Below are positions 1-12,745 of a stretch of DNA of 64,000 bases, in pieces. The position numbers were made by a program, and so were the translations under genes. Source of the stretch: Octopus sinensis (taxonomy: Eukaryota); assembly GCF_006345805.1 (NCBI RefSeq), contig NC_043006.1, positions 70,184,001 through 70,248,000 on the forward strand, in the 5' to 3' direction. Every line of letters starts with the position of its first letter. The stretch's first letter is position 1. Below the pieces are notes generated by a model. That model made no database searches and was not told the origin of the DNA. It worked only from the letters and a program-made list of their open reading frames with translations.

Positions 1-1455
1 GAGAAGATCAGGAAGGAATGTTATAGGAGAGTTCGTGCAGTCCTGAAATCTGAACTAAATGCACGTAACAAGGTGTTAGCTATAAATTCCTTAGCAGTTC
101 CAGTTGTTACTTATAGCTACAATGTGTTGAACTGGAATATGAGTGAAGTAAAGAATATAGATAGGAAAATACGCAAGCTGCTGAGTTGTAATAGGATGCA
201 CCACCCAAAGGCAGACGTAGATCGCCTTTACCTTCCCAGAGCCCAAGAGGTCGAGGCCTGATCCAATTTGAACTAGCTTACAAAACAACCACAATTGGAC
301 TGGCCAAATATCTCGAAATATCGAATGACTGGATGCTAAAGCTCGTGGAAAATCACGAGAGACGAAAGAAGCTTCATTCTATTATAAAGGAAAGCAAAAA
401 AATTGCTATTGATTTCGTGCAGGATACCCAAACTGAACAACCCGAGGGAAGTACGGCAACTATTGTTGCAAAGAAGGTGAAAATGATGGCAACGAAAAAA
501 GCGCACGAGCAATTGGCTGATAGGTGGGAGGAGAAACCTCTGCACGGCAAATATGTGACCCGCAGCAAACAAGCTGATGTTGACCAGAAGCAAACCCATC
601 AGTGGCTGCGGAGCTCAGAGCTAAAAGCAGAGAGCGAAGGTTTCATCCTGGCTGCTCAAGATCAAAGCCTATTAACCCGGAACTACCAGGCCAATGTGAT
701 GAAAAATGGAGCAGACCCAAAATGCCGATTCTGCAACGACATGATTGAAACAGTGGACCACCTAATCTCTGGATGTAAAGTCTTAGCACCAGTGGAGTAT
801 AAATTAAGACATGACAGAGTTGGCCAATATCTACACTGGCTAATAAGTCGGCATTACAATATCAAAACTGCCGACAAGTGGTGTAATCACCACCCTGAGG
901 CTGTAACTGAAGGAGAAAATATAACCATTCTGTGGGACTTTCCAGTACATACAGACCGAACCATCAAGGCCAATAAACCAGATATTGTTGTGAAAGACCA
1001 AAACAATAAAGTTTGCTTATTGATCGACATGAGCATCCCCTGTGATCATAATATCTCAGCGAAAGAGTTTGACAAGCTCAGAAAATATAAAGACCTACTC
1101 ATTGAAATTGAGAAAATGTGGCATTCAAGGCGGTTACAATACCAGTGATCGTAGGAGCACTAGGAATGATCAAGAAGGGAACCGAAAATTATATGAGAAT
1201 GATCCCTGGCTTACCATCCCTGCAAGAAGTGCAAAAGATTGTCTTAACTGGTACATCACACGTATTGAGAAGAGCATTGTCGATGTGAGAACTGTTGCTG
1301 CTCATGTATTTTAATTTAACTTAAAAAAAAAATAATAATTTTTTTAAATGAACGAACTATTGAGTTTGGTTTAATGGCCTACCAATGTATACTATGAGTT
1401 TCTTTGCCCTAGGAGTCGGGAAGACACTTGGCAAGAAATGGAAGCAAATTTGAAA
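1..1455 (+). mobile_element. R4/Dong-like REL non-LTR retrotransposon, 3' portion, frameshifted (family 1)
   Basis: Peptides HPKADVDRLYLPR, ESEGFILAAQDQSL, CCHC knuckle CRFC..ETVDHLISGC and REL motif KPDIVV..CLLIDMSIP..K..KY. A shifted frame 1142-1288 reads PVIVGALGMIKKG..GTSHVLRRALSM*. The 3' UTR runs directly into (TAA)n. Confidence 0.88.
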
Positions 1456-1534
1456 GAAGAAAAAAAAATGTAATAATAATAATAATAATATTAATAATAA
1501 TAATAATAATGATAATAATAATAATAATAATAAT

Positions 1535-1750
1535 GCTTTCTACTATAGGCACAAGACCTGGAATTTGGTGGGAGGGGTTAAGTCGATTACATTGGTCCCA
1601 GTACTCAACTGGGGCTAAATTTATCGACCCCCGAAAGGATGAAAGCCAATGTCGACCATGATGGAATTTGAACTCAGAACGTAGCGGCAGACGAAATACT
1701 ACTAAGCATTTCGCCTGGAGTGCTAACGATTCTGCCAGTTCGCTGCCTTA
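1535..1750 (-). mobile_element. tRNA-derived SINE, family A (head AAGGCGGCGAGCTGGCAGAA)
   Basis: Reverse complement has an A-box-like TGGCAGAATCGTTAG and B-box GAGTTCAAATTCC; more than 10 related copies occur in the window. Confidence 0.85.
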
Positions 1751-1764
1751 GTAGTAGCAGCAGC

Positions 1765-1846
<82 letters not shown>

Positions 1847-1939
1847 GTAGTGATGAGGATGATAATGATAATAATACTGCTGGATGTGGACAGCTGATAA
1901 TTTTCATCATACCCAGCAAAATAAGCTCTGAGTTTTCAT

Positions 1940-1970
<31 letters not shown>

Positions 1971-1992
1971 TAATAATAATAATAATAATAAT
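1751..1992. repeat. (TAG)n and (TAA)n microsatellites
   Basis: Seen directly. Confidence 0.95.
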
Positions 1993-1999
1993 AAAAGTC

Positions 2000-2557
2000 A
2001 ATGTCCTGATGCAGTACTAGGCAGTGGCTCTCGTGGCTTCTGACCTTAACTGATTGGAAGTGTCATCATGTACATTGTTTTGTCTTGGTATAAAAGGATG
2101 GGCTACAGCAAATATTCTGCTCAATACCACATATTTGCTTGTCAGTTGTTTGACCTTAACCAGTTGAGCATGTCTCTTGGTGGCTGACGATATGTGCATC
2201 TCTGATCACTATCAGAAGTAGTAGGGGAGCATCATAGCCATGTGTTGAGAGGGATTCTTTGGGGTTTGAATAATTCACCTCTGGAAACATGAGTGGTTCG
2301 TTCAACGTCCTGAAACAACCCGTATTCAGGAACCTTTTGAGCGGGATGGGCTACTCGACCAGAAGAAAATTCTAACAGGACCCCACCTGCAAGGTCATGT
2401 GCTCTTTACCTTGATATGAAATCAACATGTCGCGCACATATGGTTACGATGCATGTGCCTGGTGTACCCTTATCAGACGGGTAGTCATGATGGGTATACT
2501 GGGCTTCGTATATTTTACCCCAGTATCACTTTGATGGCAGGCACTGCTCTCTCACAC
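2000..2557 (+). mobile_element. ~555-bp non-coding interspersed element X, copy 1, embedded in (AAT)n
   Basis: Full-length diverged homologue at 9641-10197 on the minus strand; both start AATGTCCTGATGCAGTAC and end ..GCTCTCTCAC; both are flanked on each side by AAT repeats. Confidence 0.8.
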
Positions 2558-2570
2558 AATGATGAGAAAG

Positions 2571-2606
<36 letters not shown>

Positions 2607-2713
2607 TAATAATAAATAATACTAATAATAATAATAATATATGATAATATAATAATGATAATAATATATATAATAATATAATAATAATAATAATAATAAT
2701 AATATAATAATAA

Positions 2714-3248
2714 TGCCAACATTATGGAATAACAACAAAAAAAGATGGTATAGGCACACACCAGAAAAGGTCACAGAAAACGAGAAAGCAACCATACTCT
2801 GGATATGCCGATACACACAGATAGAGAAATTAAGGCCAACAGACCAGATATAGTTGTCAGAGATCATGAAGAAAAAAAATGCTTTCTAATTGATGTATCA
2901 ATACCGGCAGATGACAACGTGTCTCTAAAAGAAATGGAGAAACTCTCAAAATACAAAGACCTGGAATAGAGGTAACTAGAATGTGGAACCTGAAACAAAA
3001 CAATTCCTATCATAGTAGGTGCATTAGGCATGATAAAAAAATATCAGACAAATACATAACAAAAACACCAGGACTTACAAACACATATAACATACAGAAA
3101 ATTGCACTACTAGGCACTGCACACATCCTACGCAGAACACTTTCCATACAATAACCATCAGAGCATCACAACAAATCACAGCACATACCCAAGGCACACA
3201 GAGCTGCGCTCGGTAGTGAAGTGAAAGCACGCTATAAAAATAAAACTA

Positions 3249-3252
<4 letters not shown>
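2714..3252 (+). mobile_element. R4/Dong-like retrotransposon, 5'-truncated 3' fragment (family 2)
   Basis: Reads CQHYGI..WY.HTPEKVTENEKATILWDMPIHTDREIKANRPDIVVRD; nearly identical to the 3' end of 61985-63640; (AAT)n on both sides. Confidence 0.88.
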
Positions 3253-3312
<60 letters not shown>

Positions 3313-3404
3313 TGGTTTTTGGGTCACCCTGTATATACGTATGTAAAAATATTTATATACGTTTCTGTTTTCCTCCTTGGGTATGTGTGTGTGTGTGTAT
3401 ATCC

Positions 3405-3611
3405 TTTTTATCCTTTTATTTGTTTCAGTCATTTGACTGCGGCCATGCTAGAGCACTACCTGTAGTCAAGCAAATCGCCCCCAGGACTTATGCTTTGTAA
3501 GCCTGGTACTAATTCTGTCAGTCTCTTTTGCCAAACCGCTAAGTTACGGGGACGTGTCAAGCGATGGTGATGGGGGGGCTAAACACAGACGCACGTAAAC
3601 TCACACACACG

Positions 3612-3658
<47 letters not shown>

Positions 3659-4225
3659 GACAGGCTTCTTTCAGTTTCCGTCTACCAAATCTACTCACAA
3701 GGCTTTGGTCGGCCCGAGGCTATAGTAGAAGACACTTACCCAAGGTGCCACACAGTGAGACTGAACCCGGAACCATGTGGATGGTAAGGCAAGCTACTTA
3801 CCACGCAGACACTCCTGCGCCTATGTATGTATATTCTTTTAGGCTTTTACCTGTGTAAGTCACCTGACTGGGGTCATGCTGAAGAACCGCCTTGTAGTCG
3901 AAGAAATCGACCCCAAGATTTATCCTTTGTAAGCCTGGTACTAACTCTATCGGTCTCTTAGGCCGAACCGCTAAGTGATAGGTACGTAAACACACCAACA
4001 TCGGTTGTCAAGCGACGGTCTGTGGGGGGAGAAACACAGACATACGCATAAATATATACATATACATATGACGGGCTTCTTTCAGTTTCCGTCTACCAAA
4101 TGCGTTCACAGGGGTTTGATCGTCCCGACGCTACAGCAGACGACACTTGCACAAGGTGCCAGGCAGTGAGACTGAACCGGAACCATGTTGTTGGGAAGCA
4201 TGCTGCTTATCACGCAGCCACCTAA
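3405..4225 (-). mobile_element. Two tandem SINEs, family B (head AGGCGTAGGAGTGGCTGTGTGGTAAG)
   Basis: tRNA-like head, CACCTTGGGCAAGTGTCTT core, internal TA/CA microsatellite and GTGCTCCAGCATGGCCGCAGTCAAATGACTGAAAC tail; many copies in the window. Confidence 0.85.
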
Positions 4226-4534
4226 CTATATATACACTCCCACACACACACATGTATATATACATATATATGTATGTGTGTGTGATATATATATATATAA
4301 TATATATATATATATCTATATATATATAAAATAATATATATAATATTATATACATATATATATATATGTGTGTGGGAATATACTATATATATAAAAATAT
4401 ATATATACATACATACATATATATAATATATATAAATATATATAAATATATATTTATACATATATATATATATATGTGTGTGTGTATATATATATGTATA
4501 CATATATATATATATACATATATATATACATATA

Positions 4535-4564
<30 letters not shown>

Positions 4565-4567
<3 letters not shown>

Positions 4568-4790
4568 GCTCACCGATAATCGGTGGACGCACGCAGTTAT
4601 CGAGTGGTACCCGCGTGAGCGGAAAAGAACCACCCGGAAGACCTCCACGACGGTGGAGTGACGATTTCAAGAGGACGATTGGGATCACGTGGATGAGAAA
4701 GGCGCGATCCAGAGAGGAGTGGACAGCGTGCTGTGACCAGCGATGTCAAATGGACGCCTGACGGACTGGTCGGTTAAAGTGATCAAAGTG
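4565..4790 (+). mobile_element. RTE-clade LINE extreme 3' fragment
   Basis: [21 protein letters not shown] / [14 protein letters not shown]...ARSREEW, followed by a short AAGTGATC tandem tail; inserted in (TA)n. Confidence 0.75.
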
Positions 4791-4800
4791 ATATATATAT

Positions 4801-4843
<43 letters not shown>

Positions 4844-5002
4844 ATATATATATATATATATATATTTATTTATTTATATATATATAAACTCGAATACAGC
4901 AGGTAGAGTAATATGCTTTATTTAAAGGCTGAAAAGACATCACAATAACTGTTACTCAGAGTAACGGTTTCTGTGAGATGTTGCAGCTTTATTAAAGTAC
5001 AT

Positions 5003-5049
<47 letters not shown>

Positions 5050-5149
5050 TATATATACCTATAAAATGAACGTGTGGTATACAGTGGCTCAGGTGAACTA
5101 CAATTATCAGAAAAAGTAACCAAAACTGCATGAACAGTGCAGAGAATTG

Positions 5150-5520
5150 TGGCACTTCGTCGGTTGCGACGACGAGGGTTCTATTTTATCCAATCATCGG
5201 AACAGCTTCCATGTGAAATTAGCGTGAACGGGTGAACTCCACAAACACGTGTACCCTTAACGTAGTTCTCGGGGAGGTTCAGCGTGACACAGCGTGTGTC
5301 AAGGCTAGCGGTTTGAAATAAAGATACAACAAAAACAGAAAGAGTAAGAGAAAGTTGTGGCGAAAGAGAACAGCAGGGTTCGCCACCAACCCTGCCGGAG
5401 CCGCGTGAAGCTATTTGGTATTTTCGCCCAATAAACACTTACAATGCCCGGTCTAGGAATCGAAACCGCGATCTCACGACTGCTAGTCCGCTGCCCTAAC
5501 AACTGGGCTAATGCGCACCC
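5150..5520 (-). mobile_element. tRNA-headed SINE sharing its 3' tail with family C
   Basis: Head with GGTTTCGATTCC B-box; tail GTCACGCTGAA..CTACGTTAAGGGTACACG also at 10256-10580 and 24170-24497. Confidence 0.75.
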
Positions 5521-5705
5521 GCAATACAGATAATATACATAGGAAGTGATCAGCGAATGATTCGTTAAGAAAATAGCATGTTGATTTTGGTTTTGGACAA
5601 TTATTCGGTAGCCATGATAAAAATCCGAGTTTCCGCTTCGACATCTGAACTCGGAGTTTCATCATGGCTACCGATAATTGTCACATTATATTTACATATG
5701 TTTGT

Positions 5706-5753
<48 letters not shown>

Positions 5754-5792
5754 TATAATATATATATATATATATATATATACATAATATAT

Positions 5793-5848
<56 letters not shown>

Positions 5849-6009
5849 CATATTATATATATATATATATATATACATATATACGTCCTGTACCCATATA
5901 TACGTGTATATATACATGTAGATGTAGGTACGTACAATATGTATGTATATATGCATATGTTTTATTTATTAATTTATCATATGACGGAGCGCACGCATCC
6001 ATTTCTAAG

Positions 6010-6690
6010 TAAGATTGTTCTTGATATTAATAATGATGCGCACTCTTGACCTTTCTGTCCCCTCCCTATCTCAGCCTTTATTCTTTCTGGTTTCCTTTTC
6101 TTCTACTTTACTGTCACTCCCTCTCTCTCATTCTTCATTCTTTCTGGTCTCCTCACAACCATTCCCTTTTTTCTCTCCCTTTCCCTTGCTCCTCCTCCTC
6201 CCTCCCGTTGTTGACCTGCGACGAAGCTCTGCTGCTGTCTTTCTGGCCTGACTTCCTTAAAGTGTGGACGGCATTTTCTGTTGCTCTTTCGCCGTTCTCA
6301 AAAATAGCGTTCGTAATACTTTTTTTCGTTCGGCTTAACAGCCCTTCTTGTCTTGTTATTCTCCTTGTCCTGTCTTTTACTGTTTATATTTTGTACTGTC
6401 GTTACTGTCCTGTTTTTGTTACCATTTTTACCCCTCTGCAAAAAGATCTCAAATTTTATTTGGTTTGCTTTTCGCAGGAAGGAATGTTTCTATCGAAGAT
6501 GCGTATCGCCTTCACCTTCGAAACGCAGAGTAGATGAAACCATGGCGACTGAAGAAGGGGAATTTTCCTTGTGTTATTTGTCCTGTACTCTATTTTTTTG
6601 TTGTTTAAGAAAAATGTCCAGTTCCTTGGTTTTGTGTTTATGTTTTCGTTTCTCATCGTGTTCGACGTTTTTTGGTGTCCTGTACCCATA
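6010..6690 (+). mobile_element. Probable Penelope-like element 3' remnant
   Basis: Pyrimidine-rich body with CGACTGAAGAAGGGG hammerhead-like half; composition similar to 22540-23085 (minus). No clear protein motif. Confidence 0.35.
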
Positions 6691-6769
6691 TATGCGTGTA
6701 TATATACATGTAGAGGTAGGTACGTACATATATGTATGTATATATGCATATGTTTATTTATTAATTTAT

Positions 6770-6804
<35 letters not shown>

Positions 6805-6807
<3 letters not shown>

Positions 6808-7150
6808 ACGACGGGCTTCTTTCAGTTTCTGTCTCCCAAAACTACTCACAAGGCTTTGGTTGACCCGAAGCTATAGCAGAAGACACTTGCCCACGGTGCC
6901 ACGCAGTGGGGTTGAAACCGGAACCATAACAATAAAAATAAAGGGAAATATATATAGAGAAAAAATAGGTTCAAATTCATTTAAGCTCTACTCCGTGTTA
7001 TCTGTGCTGAGTTTTTGCTTCTCAACCACATGGTTCTGGGTTCAGTCCCACTACGTGGCACTTTGGGTAAATGCCTTCTACTATAATCTCGGGCTGACCA
7101 AAGCCTTGTGAATGGATTTGGTAGACGGAAACTGAAAGAAGCCCGTCGTA
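6805..7150. mobile_element. Two family B SINE fragments in opposite orientation
   Basis: 6805-6930 (minus) and about 6990-7150 (plus) match the family B body. Confidence 0.75.
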
Positions 7151-7196
7151 TATGTGTGTATATATATGCATATATGTACGTGTGTGTGTACGCATA

Positions 7197-7240
<44 letters not shown>

Positions 7241-7329
7241 GTATATATGTATGTATATATGTATATGTGCGAGTGTGTTTGTGTCTGTGTTTATCTTTGG
7301 GGAGGTCGCGGTATTCGAATTGGTGTCGT

Positions 7330-7338
7330 GATGATGGA

Positions 7339-7388
<50 letters not shown>

Positions 7389-7525
7389 CGATGATGATGA
7401 CAAAGATGATGATGATGATTATGATGATGATTATGATGATGATTATGATGATGATTATGATGATGATTATGATGATGATGATGATGATGACGACGACGAC
7501 GATGATGATGATGATGATGGTGGTA
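7330..7525. repeat. (GAT)n microsatellite with GATTAT variants
   Basis: Seen directly; source of the poly-D and poly-M pseudo-ORFs. Confidence 0.95.
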
Positions 7526-8116
7526 ATGATGTGTGAAAGAAAATCAGTTCAGGAGACTATAAGCACAATATGTAGGCTGTGTATAAACATGTGCAGAGAG
7601 ATTGCCAAGTATTCGCAGTGCACTCACTGCACACTGGTGGTGGGGGGACGTGGCGGATGGGGTAGTAGACAGCGGCGGCGGGGCGTTGCAGGGCGGGGGT
7701 GGAGGAGGAGGAGGGTGAGGAGGAGTAAGAGGGGGTGTTGTTTCTATATACTGACACTATAATCTAGATTGGCTCTCTGCTTACTACAAGCATGCTGTAC
7801 ATTTATTGGCTCCATACCATCACACCACTCCACCACCAACGCCGCCACGATATCAACACCAACCACCACCACCATCACTACCACCTCTACCACCATTCTA
7901 CCACACCAACATTGCCCCGCCGTTACACACCATTGCTCAGCCATTTTACCACTGTTACCTCCAACACCGCTCTTCCACGCTGACGCTTATCTACTACTGC
8001 CAATCCACTGGCCCATTCGAACACGCCACTCTATGACACTATCTTTATGCACGTACCTGTAATTATTAGGCCACTTGGTTACATAAACAATCTTGGGAAT
8101 AATATTGGTTTCATAT

Positions 8117-8781
8117 AAGGCGGCGAGATGGCAGAAACGCTAGCACGCCGGGCGAAATGCTTAGCGGTATTTTGTCTGTCTTTAAGTTCTGAGTTCAAAT
8201 TCCGCCGAGGTCGACTTTGCCTTTCATCCTTTCGGAGTCGATAAATTAAGTACCAGTTACGCACTGGGGTTGATATAATTGACTTAATCCGTCTGTCTGT
8301 CTTTGTTTGTCTCCTCTGTGTTTAGCCCCTTGTGGGTAGTAAAGAAATAGGTATTTCGTCTGTCTGTACGTTCTGAGTTGAAATTCCGCCGAGGTCGACT
8401 TTGCCTTTCATCCTTTCAGAGTTGATAAAATAAGTACCAATTGTGTCCTGGGGTCGATCTAATCGACTGGCCCCCACCCCAAAAATTTCGGGCCTCGTGC
8501 CAAAAAGTAGAAAATAATATTCTAAATAAGAGGGTGGAGAGCTGGCAGAAACCTCTTGTTTAACCTCTTGTGGGTAGTAAAGAAATAGAAATAGGTATTT
8601 CGTATGTCTTTACGTTCTAAGTTCAAATTCCGCCGAGGTCGACTTTCATTCTTTCAGAGTTGATAAAATAAGTACCAGTTGCGTACTGAGGTCGATCTAA
8701 TCGACTGCCCCCCTCCCCCACCCACACACACACAAACACACTCCCCAAAAATTTCGGGCCTCGTGCCTAGAGTAGAAAAGT
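8117..8781 (+). mobile_element. Family A SINE dimer bounded by one 14-bp TSD
   Basis: ATATTGGTTTCATA at 8102-8115 and 8782-8795; the second unit is internally deleted. Confidence 0.85.
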
Positions 8782-8840
8782 ATATTGGTTTCATAGTTTG
8801 ATAAAAGGCCGGCAATTTCAGGGGAGAATATAAATCGATT

Positions 8841-9020
8841 ACGAAGGGTGCTGGAAAGTACCTGGCTATGGGTAAAAGAAAATGCAAGAGGATCAATTAA
8901 TTATGATTTTATTCGACATATCCCCCCGCTTCTCAGATCCACACACTTATTGCAACGATCATTCGGTTCTTCTAAGACCTATAACAGAGCTCGAGAAATT
9001 GGGCCTCCAACCAGGCCTTT
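8841..9020. mobile_element. mariner-type terminal fragment
   Basis: Begins TACGAAGGGTGCTGGAAAGT, resembling mariner TIRs; no partner TIR found. Confidence 0.45.
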
Positions 9021-9204
9021 TGTTTCATTTCTGCTGCTACTCATCTTAAAAAGGGGCGATTAGTTATTGTTATCTATTTGGAACTTGGTATGATTAGTTC
9101 TCAGAGCTTGTTCTTGGGCGCTGCATATCGATGCCTCAGTGTTTTCTTTCAGATCAACTTTTTCTTAGCCATCTCATTATTATTATTATTATTATTATTA
9201 TTGC

Positions 9205-9560
9205 ATGCAGGGCAAAATGCTTAGCGGTATTTCGTCTGCCGCTACGTTCTGAGTTCAAATTCCGCCGAGGTCGACTTTGCCTTTCATCCTTTAGGGGTTG
9301 ATAAATTAAATACCAGTTACGCACTGGGGTCGATGTAATCGACTTAATACCTATGTCTGTCCTTGTTTGTCCCCTCTATGTTTAGCCCCTTGTGGGTAAT
9401 AAAGAAATAGGTATTTCTACCGTCTGTATCTTCTGAGTTGAAATTCCGCCGAGGTCAGCTTAACCTTTCATCATTTCGGGGTCGATAAAATAAGAATCAG
9501 TTGAATACTGGGGTCGATTAAATCGACTGTCTCCTCCCTCAGATTTGGTGCCCCCAGTAG
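9205..9560 (+). mobile_element. Family A SINE, 5'-truncated
   Basis: Matches the family A body and B-box. Confidence 0.8.
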
Positions 9561-9590
9561 AAAGGATTATTATTATTATTATTATTATTA

Positions 9591-9640
<50 letters not shown>

Positions 9641-9641
<1 letters not shown>

Positions 9642-10197
9642 TTAGTGAGAGAGCGGTGCATGCCATCAACGTGACACTAGGTTAAAATATATGAAGCCCA
9701 GTATACTCATCATGACTACCCGTCTGATAAGGGTACACCAGACACTTTCATCACAACCATATGGGCACGAAATGGTGATCTCATATCAAGATTAACAGCG
9801 CATGACCTTGCAGGTGGGGACCAATTAGAATTTTCTTCAGGTCGAGTAGCCCATCCTGCTCAAAAGGTCTCTGAATAAAGCTTATTTAAAGATAATGAAC
9901 AAAACACTCATGTTTCCAGAGGTGAATTATCCAAACCCCATAGCATTCCTCTCAACACATGGCTACGATGCTCCCCCACTACTTCTGCTCGTGATAATGA
10001 TGCACTCATCGTCAGCCACCAAGGGACATGCTCAACTGGTTGAGGTCAAGCATCTGACAAGCAAATCTGTGGTATTGAGCAGAATACTTACTGTAGCCCA
10101 TATTTTATACCAAGACAAAACAATGTACATGATAACACTTCCAATCAGTTGAGATCAGCAGCCATAGAACCAGCGCCTGGTACTGCATCAGGACATT
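9641..10197 (-). mobile_element. Element X, copy 2
   Basis: Reverse-complement homologue of 2000-2557; (TTA)n on both sides. Confidence 0.8.
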
Positions 10198-10213
10198 ATT
10201 ATTATTATTATTA

Positions 10214-10255
<42 letters not shown>

Positions 10256-10580
10256 ACGAATAATCCGTCGGTTACGACGACGAGGCTCCCAGCTGATACG
10301 ATCAACGGAACGGCCTGCTCGTGAAATTAATGTGCAAGTGGCTGAGCAATCCACAGACACGTGTACCCTTAACGTGGTTCGCACGGAGATTCAGCGTAAC
10401 ACAGAGTGTGACAAGGCTGGCCCTTTTGAAATACAGGTACAACTCATTTTTGCCAGCTGAGTGGACTGGAGCAACGTGAAATAAAATGTCTTGCTTAAGG
10501 ACACAACGCGTCGCCGGGAATCGAACTCACGACCTTACAATCGTGAGCCGAATACCCTACCCACTAAACCACGCGCCGTT
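10256..10580 (-). mobile_element. tRNA-derived SINE, family C (TGTGTCCTTGAGCAAGACACTTTATTTCAC core)
   Basis: B-box GAGTTCGATTCCC; homologous to 24170-24497. Confidence 0.8.
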
Positions 10581-10581
10581 A

Positions 10582-10618
<37 letters not shown>

Positions 10619-10625
10619 GTTTTTA

Positions 10626-10659
<34 letters not shown>

Positions 10660-11226
10660 CATTATTAGGTGGTGGTGGTGGTGGTGGACGACCTGGTGTT
10701 ACTTGTTGAGATGGATTTGGCCCTAGTGTCAGTGATGTCTTTGAGTGGGGTATCTGACTGTGATCGAGGTGCTAACATTGTCCCGTGGTGGTCTGCACTT
10801 CAGCGAGATCCGAAACAGTTTGGTCCAAATTAGTCCAATTTCTTAACTCATCGACAAGTCTTTCCTTTTTTTTTTTCTTTTTTGATCGGGGAGAAAGGAA
10901 GATAAATATAGTAAATTTTAAAAAATAAAAACAATAATAGCAAACAATAACAAAAATTGTTTCAAATTTTGACAGAGGGCGAGAAAATTTAGAAGGGTAC
11001 CATATTATATTAACCTCGAAAGGATAAGTTGACGGCAGTGGTATTTGAACTCAGAACATAGAGAACCGAAATAAATGCAGCTAGTGTTATCGTTCGACGC
11101 GCTCAGCATTCTACCAGCAAAACGCATTGTCTTGGTATCCTAAAATTGATTCTTATACCCGCTTTCATACATAGTCACAGGCATACAGTGTGTGTGTGTG
11201 TGTGTGTATGTGTGTGTGTGTGCGTG

Positions 11227-11269
<43 letters not shown>

Positions 11270-11287
11270 GTGTCTGTGTATGCGCGC

Positions 11288-11736
<449 letters not shown>

Positions 11737-11757
11737 TATATATATATTATATATATG

Positions 11758-11790
<33 letters not shown>

Positions 11791-12467
11791 CTATATATAT
11801 ATATATGTATATATATTACATATATATAATGTTGTAGACAGCAAGGTCACCGTGACCTTCGCGTCAGGTCACAACTGTTAACACTTATACCACCTCCTCT
11901 ATCTCCCCCTTACCTCCTCGAGCACCATCGCTACAACACTTCCCCTTCTCACACCTCCACCACCCATCCATCCACAGCCATCGTCAACTCTCTCTCTCTC
12001 TCTCTCTCTCACCCACACACTCCTACGCCACTTCTTACCTTGTCTGCCAACAGACTGTCGATAATCACTGCTAATCACTGCAGTAATTAAACTGATCGCT
12101 TTCTGTAGTGGCGATGGTGGAAGCGGCGGTGACATCGGAGGTGGTAGCGGTTGTGATAACGGTGCCATTGTTTGGTGGGTGATGGTGGTAGTGGTGGGCG
12201 TAATGATTGAGGTAATGGGTGATGGGTGGGGTTATGATAATGATGGGTGGATGATGGTTGGTCTTGTAGTGGTGGTGGTGGCAGCGACGGCGGCAGTGGT
12301 GGTGGTGGTGGTAGTGGTGGTGGTGGTGGTGGTGGTGGTGGTGGCGGCGGTGGTGGTGTTGGCGGCGGCGCCGGCGCCGGCGGTGGTGTCTATGATGAAT
12401 AATGATGATGTGAAGTGTTCATGACGCCGATGATGGCGATGTTGATATCGGTGACGGTGATGAGCGG

Positions 12468-12745
12468 TACTAACCACAATACAACGTTAGTCATACTGTC
12501 ATTAACCACTATACAACATTAATCATACTCATTAACCACTGCACAATATTAATCATACTGTCATTAACCACTATACAACATTAATCATATCGCCATTAAC
12601 CACTATACAACATTAATCATATCACCATTAACCACTATACAACATTAATCACATTGTCATTAACCAATATACAACATTAATCATACTGCCATTAACCACT
12701 ATACAACATTAATCACATTGTCGTTAACCCTTATACAACATCCTT
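12468..12745. repeat. 32-bp minisatellite, about 8.5 copies (CATTAACCACTATACAACATTAATCATACTGT)
   Basis: ATTAACC recurs at 12501, 12531, 12563, 12595, 12627, 12659 and 12691, with a variant at 12723. Confidence 0.92.

Noticed and set aside
8117-8220. tRNA-like sequences with A and B boxes, here and at other SINE heads
   Set aside because: No full cloverleaf that I can fold, and each continues into a shared SINE body, so they are called SINEs rather than tRNA genes.
12468-12745. Minisatellite as a CRISPR array
   Set aside because: Units are contiguous with no unique spacers, there are no cas genes, and the context is eukaryotic.
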